From Patescibacteria group bacterium (GTDB taxonomy: Bacteria; Patescibacteriota; Minisyncoccia; GCA-002772825): a stretch of 64,000 nucleotides of DNA. The stretch is from assembly GCA_024654625.1 (NCBI GenBank), contig JANLHB010000016.1:137-64136 (forward strand), given 5' to 3'. The notes below the pieces were generated by a model. That model was not told the DNA's origin. It ran no database searches and saw only the letters and a program-made list of their open reading frames with translations. A program made the position numbers and the translations under genes. This document shows positions 10,144 to 19,053 of this stretch, in pieces. Numbering within the stretch: position 1 is the first letter of the stretch; each line of letters begins with the position of its first letter.

Positions 10144-10425
10144 ATGCTATCAAACATACCTATAAATTTAGATGAAGTTAAAAAAGAGGATATAGATAAA
10201 GAGATACTTAGAGTGGCGATAATTGCCGAGCTTGATGCTGTTAGTTTATATGAACAGCTTGCCGCCAATACTCAAAGTGAAGATATTAAGAAAGTCCTGC
10301 TTGACGTGGCAAAAGAAGAGAAGACACATGTAGGCGAATTTCAAACATTGCTTTTAGGTATTGATAAAGAGCAAGAAAGAGAGCTTGAAGAAGGCAGGAA
10401 AGAGGTTGAAGAAGAATTAAAATAA
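10144..10425 (+). CDS. Small ferritin-like protein (encapsulated-ferritin/rubrerythrin type)
   Basis: ELDAVSLYEQ and EEKTH di-iron motifs. Confidence 0.8.
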   Translation: MLSNIPINLDEVKKEDIDKEILRVAIIAELDAVSLYEQLAANTQSEDIKKVLLDVAKEEKTHVGEFQTLLLGIDKEQERELEEGRKEVEEELK

Positions 10426-10469
10426 TTAAAGATAATAGCCCTGCTTTATAAATATTAACTGTCAAAATT

Positions 10470-11036
10470 ATGGAGAATCTAATTAATAAAAAAGTAACTG
10501 ATATGGAGTTTGAAGTGTATCAAAATGAAGACACAAAGAAGGTAAGATTAGCGGATTATAAAGGCAAGTGGGTGGCGCTGGTCTTTTATCCTGCGGATTT
10601 TACTTTTGTATGTCCGACAGAGCTTGAAGAGCTCGCCAATAGTTATGATCTTTTTAAGAAAGAAGGCGCGGAGATTATTTCGGTAAGCACTGATACGGTT
10701 TTTGTTCACAAGGCGTGGCATGACAATTCACCGGCTATTAAAAAGATTAAATACCCTATGGCGGCTGATCCTACAGGTAATCTCTCTAGGGAGTTTGGTG
10801 CATATATAGAAGAGGAGGGGCTTGCTCTAAGAGGAAGTTTCCTTATCAATCCAGAGGGCATAGTGAAGGCTTATGAGATTCATGACAACAGTGTCGGTAG
10901 GAGTGCTAGAGAGCTTCTGCGCAAGCTTCAGGCGGCAAAGTTTGTAGCAGAGCACTCTGGAAATGTGTGTCCGGCAAGTTGGGAACCGGGCAAGGATACT
11001 CTAAAGCCGGGAATGGACTTGGTGGGGAAGATATAA
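10470..11036 (+). CDS. ahpC: 2-Cys peroxiredoxin AhpC
   Basis: FYPADFTFVCPTE and VCPASW. Confidence 0.95.
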   Translation: MENLINKKVTDMEFEVYQNEDTKKVRLADYKGKWVALVFYPADFTFVCPTELEELANSYDLFKKEGAEIISVSTDTVFVHKAWHDNSPAIKKIKYPMAADPTGNLSREFGAYIEEEGLALRGSFLINPEGIVKAYEIHDNSVGRSARELLRKLQAAKFVAEHSGNVCPASWEPGKDTLKPGMDLVGKI

Positions 11037-11046
11037 GCGATAACAT

Positions 11047-11140
11047 AAAAATAATTTTAGAAATTGACTTCTTCCAGAACGGTCTCCGCCAGCTGGCGGA
11101 AGGGAAATTCTTCAGAAGTCAAATTTCTAAAATTATTTTT
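11047..11140 (+). repeat. Long intergenic hairpin element containing a TCCGCCAGCTGGCGGA palindrome; related element at 57335-57429
   Basis: AAAAATAATTTTAGAAATTGACTTCT pairs with AGAAGTCAAATTTCTAAAATTATTTTT. Confidence 0.85.
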
Positions 11141-11149
11141 GACTTAATT

Positions 11150-11731
11150 ATGAAATACGAAACAAAAAATTTTGAAGCACTTATCGGAACAGAGGGTTTC
11201 AGTGATACTCTTTTGAAAAATCATTTTACTCTTTACGAAGGATATGTGGCCAATTTTAATAAATTGAATGATATTCTTATTGCTATGGAAAAGGAAGATA
11301 AATTCGGCTCGCCGGAATTTGCGGAATTAAACAGAAGATTTGGGTGGGAATTTAACGGTATGAGACTTCACGAACTTTACTTTGGTAATATTTCAAAAGT
11401 GGGCAAAGAAATAAATAAAAATGCAGATCTCTATAAGAAAATTGAAGAAGAGTGGGGTTCTTATGATATGTGGGAGAAAGATTTTCGTTCAATGGGCGCG
11501 ATGAGGGGGATCGGCTGGGTAATCTTGTACTATGATAAAGAGAGCGGAAGATTGTTTAATGTCTGGGTAAACGAACATGATGTTGGACACTTGTCTGGCG
11601 CTACGCCTCTTCTTGTGATGGATGTATTTGAACATGCTTTTCTCACGGACTATGGTTTAAAGCGGGCAGATTATATCGCGAACTTTATGAAGGTGATAGA
11701 TTGGAATACTGTTGAATCAAGATTGCGATAA
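11150..11731 (+). CDS. sod: Fe/Mn superoxide dismutase (start corrected to ATG 11150)
   Basis: NHFTLYEGYV, GMRLHELYF, MDVFEHAF; the upstream extension in the ORF track overlaps ahpC and the hairpin. Confidence 0.88.
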   Translation: MKYETKNFEALIGTEGFSDTLLKNHFTLYEGYVANFNKLNDILIAMEKEDKFGSPEFAELNRRFGWEFNGMRLHELYFGNISKVGKEINKNADLYKKIEEEWGSYDMWEKDFRSMGAMRGIGWVILYYDKESGRLFNVWVNEHDVGHLSGATPLLVMDVFEHAFLTDYGLKRADYIANFMKVIDWNTVESRLR

Positions 11732-11742
11732 ATACTAACCTT

Positions 11743-11777
11743 AAATGTCAATCCGCCACGGCGGATTGACATTTTTT
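11743..11777 (+). terminator. Intrinsic terminator built on GTCAATCCGCCACGGCGGATTGAC (identical core at 44102-44125)
   Basis: Perfect stem followed by a T tract. Confidence 0.8.
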
Positions 11778-11819
11778 GTTTTCTGGAAATTGAACTGTTT
11801 TTGATGTAGGATATAGTAG

Positions 11820-13607
11820 ATGGAGACTAAAAATATAAGAAATTTCAGCATTATCGCTCACATTGACCATGGCAAATCAACTCTTGCCGATCGTTTGATA
11901 GACAAAACTAACGCTGTTGAAAAAAGGAAAATGAGAGAGCAGGTGCTTGATGTGATGGAGCTTGAGCGCGAGCGCGGTATCACTATAAAAATGCAACCCG
12001 TGAGGATGAGCTATAAGTTGCAGGATACAAACTATCAGCTAAATTTGATAGACACTCCCGGGCATATAGATTTCTCTTATGAGGTATCAAGGGCTCTAAA
12101 GGCTGTTGAGGGAACGATACTTCTTGTCGATGCTACTCAAGGAGTGCAAGCTCAGACTTTTTCCACTCTTGAGATGGCAGAGAAAAGCGGACTCGTCATT
12201 ATCCCTGTTTTAAATAAGATAGATATGCCAGCCGCAAGAGTTGATGTTGTGTTGAAAGAAGTGATGGATCTTTTGGGTTGCGATGAAAAGGACGTGCTTA
12301 AAGTTTCGGCAAAGACAGGCGAAGGAGTAGATGAACTTATCGCAGAGATAATCAAACGTATTCCTGCTCCTGTTCACGGTTCTGAATCAGGGTCGCGAGC
12401 GCTTGTTTTTGACTTTGAATATTCCAATCATCAGGGCGTTATTGTGTATGCCAGAGTAACTGACGGCTCATTTAAGAAGGGCGATGAGCTCGTTTTGATT
12501 GCCGGTAAAGAAAAATTTATTGCCGGAGAGGTTGGCATCTTTACTCCAGAGAGGAAAGAAATTTCCATTTTAAACGAGGGCGAGACTGGTTATATCGTTA
12601 CAAATATAAAAAAGCCGAATGTTGCCGTAGTCGGCGATACGGTTACTTCTTTTAAGAAGCCTCTTCCTCCTCTTTCCGGATATTTCAAGCCGAGCCCCGT
12701 TGTCTGGGCAAGTATTTATCCTGAAGGGCAAGATGATTTTGACGATTTAAAACAGGCTCTTATGAAGCTAAGCCTTTCTGATTCATCGCTTGAGTTTGAG
12801 GAAGAGACTCAGGGGGCGCTTGGGAGAGGATTTCGCTGCGGTTTTTTGGGAATGCTTCACTTGGAGATAGTGCTTGAGCGCCTAAAGAGAGAATTTTCTT
12901 TGGATCTTATAACCGCTTCGCCTACTATTTCTTATGAAGTGGAATTTGTTTCCGGCAAGAAAGAGATTATTCGTTCACCTATTTTTTTTCCGGAAACGCA
13001 TTTAATTAAAAAAGTTTTTGAGCCGTGGGTTAATTTTGAGATTATTACCACCTCGGAAAAAGTGGGAGATATTATGAAGCTTTGTTACGAGCATGAGGCT
13101 CTGGTTGCAGACACAAATCAGTTTGGAAAAGAAAGGATTTCAATGAATGGAGAGATGCCTCTTCGCGAACTTATGAGAGGTTTTTTTGATAAGCTTAAGA
13201 GCGTATCTTCGGGGTATGCGTCTATCTCTTATAAAATAGGCGATATGAGGGAGGCTGATGTGGTGAAACTTGAGATACTTGTGGCCGATGAGCCGATTGT
13301 CGCCTTTACTAAAATAATATCAAGAAGGAGAGTAAACATAGAGGCAGAAGAAGCTGTTGAGAAACTGCATAAAATCTTGCCTAGGCAACTTTTTGTCATT
13401 AAAATCCAGGCCAAAGCGCTTGGCAGGATAATCTCTTCTCGGGCAATATCCGCGATGAAGAAAGATGTTACCGGATATCTTTACGGAGGAGATATCTCCA
13501 GGAAAAAGAAGTTATGGGAAAAACAGAAAAAAGGCAAGAAAAAAAAAGAGGCTTTTTCTAAGGTAAACATTCCTCAAGAAGTTTTCTTAAAGATGATGAA
13601 AAGTTAG
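11820..13607 (+). CDS. lepA: Elongation factor 4
   Basis: IRNFSIIAHIDHGKSTLADR, GFRCGFLGMLH, YGGDISRKKKL. Confidence 0.97.
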   Translation: METKNIRNFSIIAHIDHGKSTLADRLIDKTNAVEKRKMREQVLDVMELERERGITIKMQPVRMSYKLQDTNYQLNLIDTPGHIDFSYEVSRALKAVEGTILLVDATQGVQAQTFSTLEMAEKSGLVIIPVLNKIDMPAARVDVVLKEVMDLLGCDEKDVLKVSAKTGEGVDELIAEIIKRIPAPVHGSESGSRALVFDFEYSNHQGVIVYARVTDGSFKKGDELVLIAGKEKFIAGEVGIFTPERKEISILNEGETGYIVTNIKKPNVAVVGDTVTSFKKPLPPLSGYFKPSPVVWASIYPEGQDDFDDLKQALMKLSLSDSSLEFEEETQGALGRGFRCGFLGMLHLEIVLERLKREFSLDLITASPTISYEVEFVSGKKEIIRSPIFFPETHLIKKVFEPWVNFEIITTSEKVGDIMKLCYEHEALVADTNQFGKERISMNGEMPLRELMRGFFDKLKSVSSGYASISYKIGDMREADVVKLEILVADEPIVAFTKIISRRRVNIEAEEAVEKLHKILPRQLFVIKIQAKALGRIISSRAISAMKKDVTGYLYGGDISRKKKLWEKQKKGKKKKEAFSKVNIPQEVFLKMMKS

Positions 13608-13621
13608 AAGAGTGGCGCTAT

Positions 13622-13692
13622 TGTAAATAGGACCATACCTATTACAGCAAGGAGTGATATGCTTATCCAGATAAGTTGACTCCTCTTTTTTT
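13622..13692 (+). terminator. Two-hairpin 3' structure and terminator after lepA
   Basis: TGTAAATAGG/CCTATTACA then AGGAGT...ACTCCT followed by a T tract. Confidence 0.55.
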
Positions 13693-13730
13693 GTTTATTG
13701 GTTTTCATTGTCTGCTATAATATAACAATA

Positions 13731-14105
13731 ATGAGAGAATTTCAACAAAGGAGAATATTGCGGCGCTTGATGTATTCTAATGTTTCCATCTTTTTTTTAT
13801 TGGTGATTTTTATATTTTTTATTTTTTCTATCGCAGATGTTTATAATAAGAGCAGGGAGGCGATTAAGAAGAATGAAGAAGTCAGTAGTGAGTTAAATGA
13901 TATAAAGTCAAAGAAGGATTATTTTGAAGCGGAGATAGATCGTCTTAATACTAATGCCGGTATTGAAGATGAGCTTCGTGATAAATTTCAGATAGCCAAA
14001 CCGGGCGAGAGGGTGATCATTATCGTTGATGACAAGAAAGATGACAGTGAAGACGCCACTCCGAGAAAAAGCTTAAATTGGTTTTGGAATATTTTTGGCC
14101 GATAA
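13731..14105 (+). CDS. Septum formation initiator (FtsB/DivIC-like)
   Basis: TM plus coiled coil plus IEDELRDKFQIAKPGE; TATAAT 9 nt before ATG 13731. Confidence 0.75.
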   Translation: MREFQQRRILRRLMYSNVSIFFLLVIFIFFIFSIADVYNKSREAIKKNEEVSSELNDIKSKKDYFEAEIDRLNTNAGIEDELRDKFQIAKPGERVIIIVDDKKDDSEDATPRKSLNWFWNIFGR

Positions 14106-14131
14106 ATGAAGCCCTGTCTCATATTTCAACG

Positions 14132-14151
14132 CCTGCCTGCCGGCAGGCAGG
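14132..14151. repeat. Perfect palindrome CCTGCCTGCCGGCAGGCAGG (family C)
   Basis: Variants at 7436, 43186, 57364. Confidence 0.9.
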
Positions 14152-14247
14152 GCTAGAACATGACTTAACCTCAAGGGTGGTTGACATAATGCCTATATAA
14201 AGTATCATAAACAGTAGCGCCTGAGAGGGCGTTTTAAATTAGAATTT

Positions 14248-14427
14248 ATGAAATTAACGGATTATTTAAGAGATACTAAAGGAGAATTAAAGCATGTTAA
14301 ATGGCCTTCCAAGAAGGATACTGTTCGGTTTACCATTGTTGTGATAGCGATATCAATTTTTGTCGCGCTTTATCTGGGTTTCTTTGATTTTATCTTCGGT
14401 TATATCATAGATAAATTGATTATTTAA
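14248..14427 (+). CDS. secE: Preprotein translocase SecE (59 aa, absent from the ORF track)
   Basis: MKLTDYLRDTKGELKHVKWPSKKDT + TM + GFFD; directly upstream of nusG. Confidence 0.93.
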   Translation: MKLTDYLRDTKGELKHVKWPSKKDTVRFTIVVIAISIFVALYLGFFDFIFGYIIDKLII

Positions 14428-14470
14428 TCATCAAAATTCGTCTAGATGGATTATTTATTTTAAAAAAGAT

Positions 14471-15016
14471 ATGGCAAAACAGGAATTACAAACAGGAAGA
14501 AATTGGTATGCTATTCATACTTACGCCGGGTATGAGGATGCTGTTGTGCGCAATTTAAAGCAGAGGATTGAATCTCTCGGTATGGAAGATAAGATTTTTG
14601 ACGTTGTTGTTCCTACGGAAAAAAAGATAAAGATAAAAGGAGGAAAAAGAAAGGTTATAGAAGAGAAAGTTTACCCGGGTTATGTGCTGGTTGAGATGAT
14701 AGTGACAGATAACTCATGGTATGTTGTCAGGAATACCCCTCGAGTTACAGGTTTCGTAGGCGCAGGCACTACCCCGACTCCGCTTGATGCCAGTGAAATA
14801 GAGTCTTTGTTTAAGAAGATGGATGGCGGAAACGCAAAACACAAGATAGATGTTGTAATAGGCGAGACGGTTCAGATTAACGACGGACCGTTTAAAGATT
14901 TTGAGGGCAAGGTGTCAGAAGTGGATGACTCCCGTGGCAAGGTAAAAGTCCTGGTTTCTATCTTTGGGAGGGAAACACCGGTAGAGTTGGACTTCTTGCA
15001 AATTAGGAAACTTTAA
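14471..15016 (+). CDS. nusG: Transcription factor NusG
   Basis: WYAIHTYAGYE, YPGYVLVEM, KOW domain, FGRETPVEL. Confidence 0.97.
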   Translation: MAKQELQTGRNWYAIHTYAGYEDAVVRNLKQRIESLGMEDKIFDVVVPTEKKIKIKGGKRKVIEEKVYPGYVLVEMIVTDNSWYVVRNTPRVTGFVGAGTTPTPLDASEIESLFKKMDGGNAKHKIDVVIGETVQINDGPFKDFEGKVSEVDDSRGKVKVLVSIFGRETPVELDFLQIRKL

Positions 15017-15023
15017 TATAAAC

Positions 15024-15113
15024 TAGCCACTAGTAGATAGCCATTAGCCACTAAAATTACCAAAATTAGTGATACTCTATTGGCTAAACCCTATTGGCTA
15101 ACGACTAAATTAA
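15024..15113 (+). repeat. Heptamer-based hairpin leader, paralogous to 56686-56784
   Basis: TAGCCACTAGT...TATTGGCTAAACCCTATTGGCTAACGACTAAATT shared with the rplJ upstream region. Confidence 0.8.
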
Positions 15114-15536
15114 ATGGCAAAAGCAATTAAATCAATCATAAAACTTCAAATTCCGGCTGGGAAGGCTAATCCTGCTCCTCCTGTTGGGCCTGCTTTAGGT
15201 CAGCATGGCGTGAATATTGGAGATTTCGTAAAGAAATTCAATGATGCGAGCCAAGATAAGATGGGCGACATAATACCTGTTGAGATATATGTATACGATG
15301 ATCGAAGTTTTGACTTTAAGATGAAGACCCCTCCGGCTTCAGACTTATTGAGGAAGGCGGCTGGCGTGGAGAAAGGTTCCGGTAAAAATATAACAAGTAA
15401 AGTTGGAAAGGTGACTAAAGCTCAAGTTCGCGAGATTGCTGAGAGGAAGATGGAGGATCTAAATGCCAATGATGTGGAGGCGGCGATGAAGATCATAGAA
15501 GGGAGCGCTCGCTCCATGGGCATAGAAGTGCAATAG
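15114..15536 (+). CDS. rplK: 50S ribosomal protein L11
   Basis: [23 protein letters not shown]. Confidence 0.98.
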   Translation: MAKAIKSIIKLQIPAGKANPAPPVGPALGQHGVNIGDFVKKFNDASQDKMGDIIPVEIYVYDDRSFDFKMKTPPASDLLRKAAGVEKGSGKNITSKVGKVTKAQVREIAERKMEDLNANDVEAAMKIIEGSARSMGIEVQ

Positions 15537-15635
15537 GCACTTCTATGGACCTTGCCAGATATTTCTTGAAAGCATGAAAAGAAATATCGACAAGGTGTAC
15601 TGTTCCTGTAAGGAATAGAAGCAACAGCTTAAATA

Positions 15636-15672
15636 AAATAAAACGCCTCGCTTTGTCGGGGCGTTTTATTTT
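15636..15672 (+). terminator. Intrinsic terminator after rplK
   Basis: AAAATAAAACGCCTCG...CGGGGCGTTTTATTTT. Confidence 0.75.
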
Positions 15673-15687
15673 GCTATAATGATCCTT

Positions 15688-16365
15688 ATGGATAAATATG
15701 AGATTGAAGTGAAGAGTCTATTGGGGAACGAGTCTATGGCGCAAGCCTTTAGAGAGAAGATGGTGGAGATTGACCCGAGTGTGGAAACTATCTCTCGGCA
15801 TAGTCAGATAAACCATTATTTTATAGATGGTGATATTAATTTTCTCCATGAGAAGATGCTGGCACATGTTCCACAAGAGAAGCATGAGAACTTAAGAAAT
15901 ATTATTGTTGATGGAAAAAATCATTCTATAAGAGTGCGGTTGGCCGATGAAGATTTGATATTCGTCATCAAGTCTTCTATAGATGACACTACAAGCGATA
16001 ACGGTATCTCACGGCTTGAGTTTGAACATAAGATGCCACACTTGAGCATTGATGAGTTAGATCAAATATTATTTGATGCTGGTTTTTCTTATCAGGCCAA
16101 GTGGTCTAGGGAAAGGGAAGAGTATAAGTTAGGTGATATAAATATTTGTTTGGATAAAAATGCAGGTTACGGTTATTTAGTTGAATTTGAATCAGTGGTG
16201 AGTGATGCTAGTGAAGCGGAAGAAGTGAAAGATAGGATATATAGATTGATGGAAAAGATGGAGGCCGAAGAGCTTGATCAAGACAGGCTCGCGCGGATGT
16301 TTGAACACTATAATAATAATTGGAAGGATTACTATGGCACGGATAAGGTTTTTTCAATAGAGTAG
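15688..16365 (+). CDS. CYTH (triphosphate tunnel metalloenzyme) family protein
   Basis: EIEVK (ExExK), NHYF, RVR, R-E-E, GYGYLVEFE; TATAAT 7 nt before ATG 15688. Confidence 0.8.
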   Translation: MDKYEIEVKSLLGNESMAQAFREKMVEIDPSVETISRHSQINHYFIDGDINFLHEKMLAHVPQEKHENLRNIIVDGKNHSIRVRLADEDLIFVIKSSIDDTTSDNGISRLEFEHKMPHLSIDELDQILFDAGFSYQAKWSREREEYKLGDINICLDKNAGYGYLVEFESVVSDASEAEEVKDRIYRLMEKMEAEELDQDRLARMFEHYNNNWKDYYGTDKVFSIE

Positions 16366-16419
16366 ATTTGATACATAGTCAATATAGATTAAAGTTTCTT
16401 ATTTGTAATAATAATTAAA

Positions 16420-17511
16420 ATGGTTTTATCTTTTCAGGATATAAAAAGAATGATCTCAGGGCAAAATCCTATTATTTTGTCTGATATCCCCTTTGCCGAA
16501 AATCAGATTCAACCCTCTACTATTGATTGTAGGCTTGGTAATAGGGTTTATCGTATGAGCACTGCAATGATACCAAGAAGAGAGGAGTCAATCGCTCAAC
16601 TTATAGATAAATATAAGTTATATGAGTTTGAGCTTAGGGAGGGGTCTGTTTTAGAAAAAGGAGCTTCTTATATAATTCCCCTTCTCGAGAAGCTTAATTT
16701 GCCAGACGAATTGAACGCTATTTTTAGTCCTAAGAGCTCGACCGGTAGAGTTGATGTCTTTTGCCGTGTTTTAGTTGACGGGAATCCTCATTACGACATA
16801 ACTGAATCTGGGTATAGTGGTAATCTATACTTGGAAGTTTCTCCTCAATCTTTTTCGGTCGGTATTACGCCGGGCCTTGCTTTGGTTCAGATGAGGATTA
16901 GGCAAGAAAATGTTTTTCTTAGTGATGATGACTTAAAAAGTCTTCAAAAGAGTGATGGTATAATTTACAACGATGTCGGCAAGGATGACAATCCGGTAAT
17001 AAAAAATAATAGCACTTATCTTCATGTAGATTTGCTGAGTGATGTCGTTGGGTTTGAGGCAAAGGATAATTCCGGTAAGTATATTAATTTATTCAAAAAA
17101 GATTTTTATGAGGCTGATGATTTTTGGATACCGATAAAGCGCCCCAAGAATGGAGAGTTGATATTAACCCCCGGTAGATTCTATCTGCTTGCCAGCAAAG
17201 AAAGAATAAGAATTCCTTCTTCTGTCTGCGCCGAGGTTGAAGCTTATGATTTAAATTTTGGCGAATTCCGTACTCATTATGCCGGTTTTTTTGACAATGG
17301 CTTCGGAGGTGACGATGGAACCAGGGCCGTGCTTGAGGTCAGGGTGCATGATGTCCCTTTCAGAATTTGCGATAATCAGCCTATTTGCAGAATGACCTTT
17401 GAAAAGACTAAAGAGGTTCCAGAAATGCTTTATGGAAAAGATCTTAATTCTAACTATGTAAGCAATAAGCCGTCTCTAAGCAAGCATTTTAAAAATAGAC
17501 TCTGGTATTAA
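16420..17511 (+). CDS. dcd: Long-form dCTP deaminase
   Basis: QIQPSTIDCRLG, PKSSTGRVDVF, GEFRTHYAGFFDNGFG, LEVRVHDVPF. Confidence 0.85.
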   Translation: MVLSFQDIKRMISGQNPIILSDIPFAENQIQPSTIDCRLGNRVYRMSTAMIPRREESIAQLIDKYKLYEFELREGSVLEKGASYIIPLLEKLNLPDELNAIFSPKSSTGRVDVFCRVLVDGNPHYDITESGYSGNLYLEVSPQSFSVGITPGLALVQMRIRQENVFLSDDDLKSLQKSDGIIYNDVGKDDNPVIKNNSTYLHVDLLSDVVGFEAKDNSGKYINLFKKDFYEADDFWIPIKRPKNGELILTPGRFYLLASKERIRIPSSVCAEVEAYDLNFGEFRTHYAGFFDNGFGGDDGTRAVLEVRVHDVPFRICDNQPICRMTFEKTKEVPEMLYGKDLNSNYVSNKPSLSKHFKNRLWY

Positions 17512-17521
17512 TCATAAAAAT

Positions 17522-18970
17522 ATGAATAAGGATTTATCTTGGCCAATTAGATATCAGGAAATGTTGCTGCTGGGTAATCCTAAGTCAAATATCGGAGTTG
17601 TTTGTAATTGGACACTGAAGAGCAAAATAGATGATAATTTAAAAAATAAGGATTATCTGGTAATGGGCCAGCTCTATAGTAGCGATATAGGAATATCGTC
17701 CATCATAAGAAATGTGATGGCTCATCAACATATTGATACGATTATATTATGTGGAAATGAGGGAATGATAGAAGAGACTAGGGGAGGGCGTGCATTCCTA
17801 AACCTTATTAAGAATGGAATTGATGAAAATCATAAGATCATAGGTTCAAATTATTCAAAAATAGAAAAAGAGATTCCGGTTGAAAATATTAATGAATTCA
17901 GGAAAAGAATTAAAATTATAGATCTTCTCGGCGTTAATGATGTTTCAAAAATAGAAGAAGCCATTAACGAAAATTTGAAAAAGAAAAATAAGACTTTTGA
18001 AGTTAAATTATTCCCGGAACCAGAAAAAACAAAAGATGTTGAGTTGCCGTCGGAAGGGGCGGTATTTGTTGTAAGGCGTAATAAGGTAGCACACTGTTGG
18101 TTAGACATTTTAAAGAACATAACACATTTCGGGAATATTAAAGGGACTCAATATGGTGACAGGCAAAAAGAAGTGATAAATCTTGTCGCGGTTATCGAGG
18201 ATGAAGATGTTGATAACCCATTTTTGCCGGATTATGTTAAATTAACAAAAAAACAGATTGAAGATTACTCACCAACTATTACAACGGCTATGGAAGTTGA
18301 AGGGTCAAAGTATACATATGGTCAAAGATTAAGAGATCATGATGGAGTTGATCAGATTCAGAATATAATTAATGAGATAAGTGAAGCACCCTTTTCAAGA
18401 AGGGCTGTCGCTTCAACAATCAACGTGAAGATGGATAGTGGTAGTGGTAATCCACCGTGCTTGGATATTGTTCAAGTGTTAGTCCAAGAAAATAAATTAT
18501 ATTTAACAAGTTATATTCGTTCAAATGATATGTATATGGCCTGGCCTGAAAATGCTTTTGGGCTACTCTCTCTTCAGAAGCTTATAATTGAAGAGGTGAA
18601 TAAAAAGATAAAAGGAGAACAACTTGTGAAAGGTTCAATTACAACTATTTCTTGTTCTGCTCATGTATACGAAAGAGAGTGGGAGGATGTTAAAAAGATG
18701 TTATCTAGTAACGAGAGGTTGGAGTGCGCTTGGGATCCAAGGGGTTATTTTATCATAAGCATAGAAGACGGATTAATTAAAGTTTATAATTCTAATGACC
18801 CGGTTAATTTAAGGTGGGAAGGAAAAACAGCTTCTGAAATAATGGATAAGATTATTTTTTATATTTCGATAATGCCGCATGCCGCTGATTTGGGTATGGA
18901 ATTAATGAAAGCGGAAATTGCATTAAAATATGGTCATAGGTACATACAAGATAATCCATTGATTTTGTAA
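17522..18970 (+). CDS. Thymidylate synthase-like protein with MtrA-like N-terminus and DUF4346-like C-terminus
   Basis: YTYGQRLR, SRRAV, PPCL, RSNDM...WPEN, SAHVYE; N-terminal GISSIIRNV..H.HI..IILCG; C-terminal DPRGYF...HAADLGMELMKAE...YIQD. Confidence 0.8.
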   Translation: MNKDLSWPIRYQEMLLLGNPKSNIGVVCNWTLKSKIDDNLKNKDYLVMGQLYSSDIGISSIIRNVMAHQHIDTIILCGNEGMIEETRGGRAFLNLIKNGIDENHKIIGSNYSKIEKEIPVENINEFRKRIKIIDLLGVNDVSKIEEAINENLKKKNKTFEVKLFPEPEKTKDVELPSEGAVFVVRRNKVAHCWLDILKNITHFGNIKGTQYGDRQKEVINLVAVIEDEDVDNPFLPDYVKLTKKQIEDYSPTITTAMEVEGSKYTYGQRLRDHDGVDQIQNIINEISEAPFSRRAVASTINVKMDSGSGNPPCLDIVQVLVQENKLYLTSYIRSNDMYMAWPENAFGLLSLQKLIIEEVNKKIKGEQLVKGSITTISCSAHVYEREWEDVKKMLSSNERLECAWDPRGYFIISIEDGLIKVYNSNDPVNLRWEGKTASEIMDKIIFYISIMPHAADLGMELMKAEIALKYGHRYIQDNPLIL

Positions 18971-19053
18971 TTTTTATTGCAAATATCCTGATTATGAGGT
19001 AAAAGTATCACTAGATAGATATTTAAAAATTAACCTAACAAAGGGAGATAAAT

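Noticed and set aside
10967-11149. N-terminal extension of the SOD ORF
   Set aside because: It overlaps ahpC and crosses the hairpin element; SOD-like sequence starts at ATG 11150
14106-14247. tRNA-Trp often found upstream of secE
   Set aside because: No cloverleaf or TTCGA T-loop was recognised; only a palindrome and a promoter-like TTGACA/TATCAT
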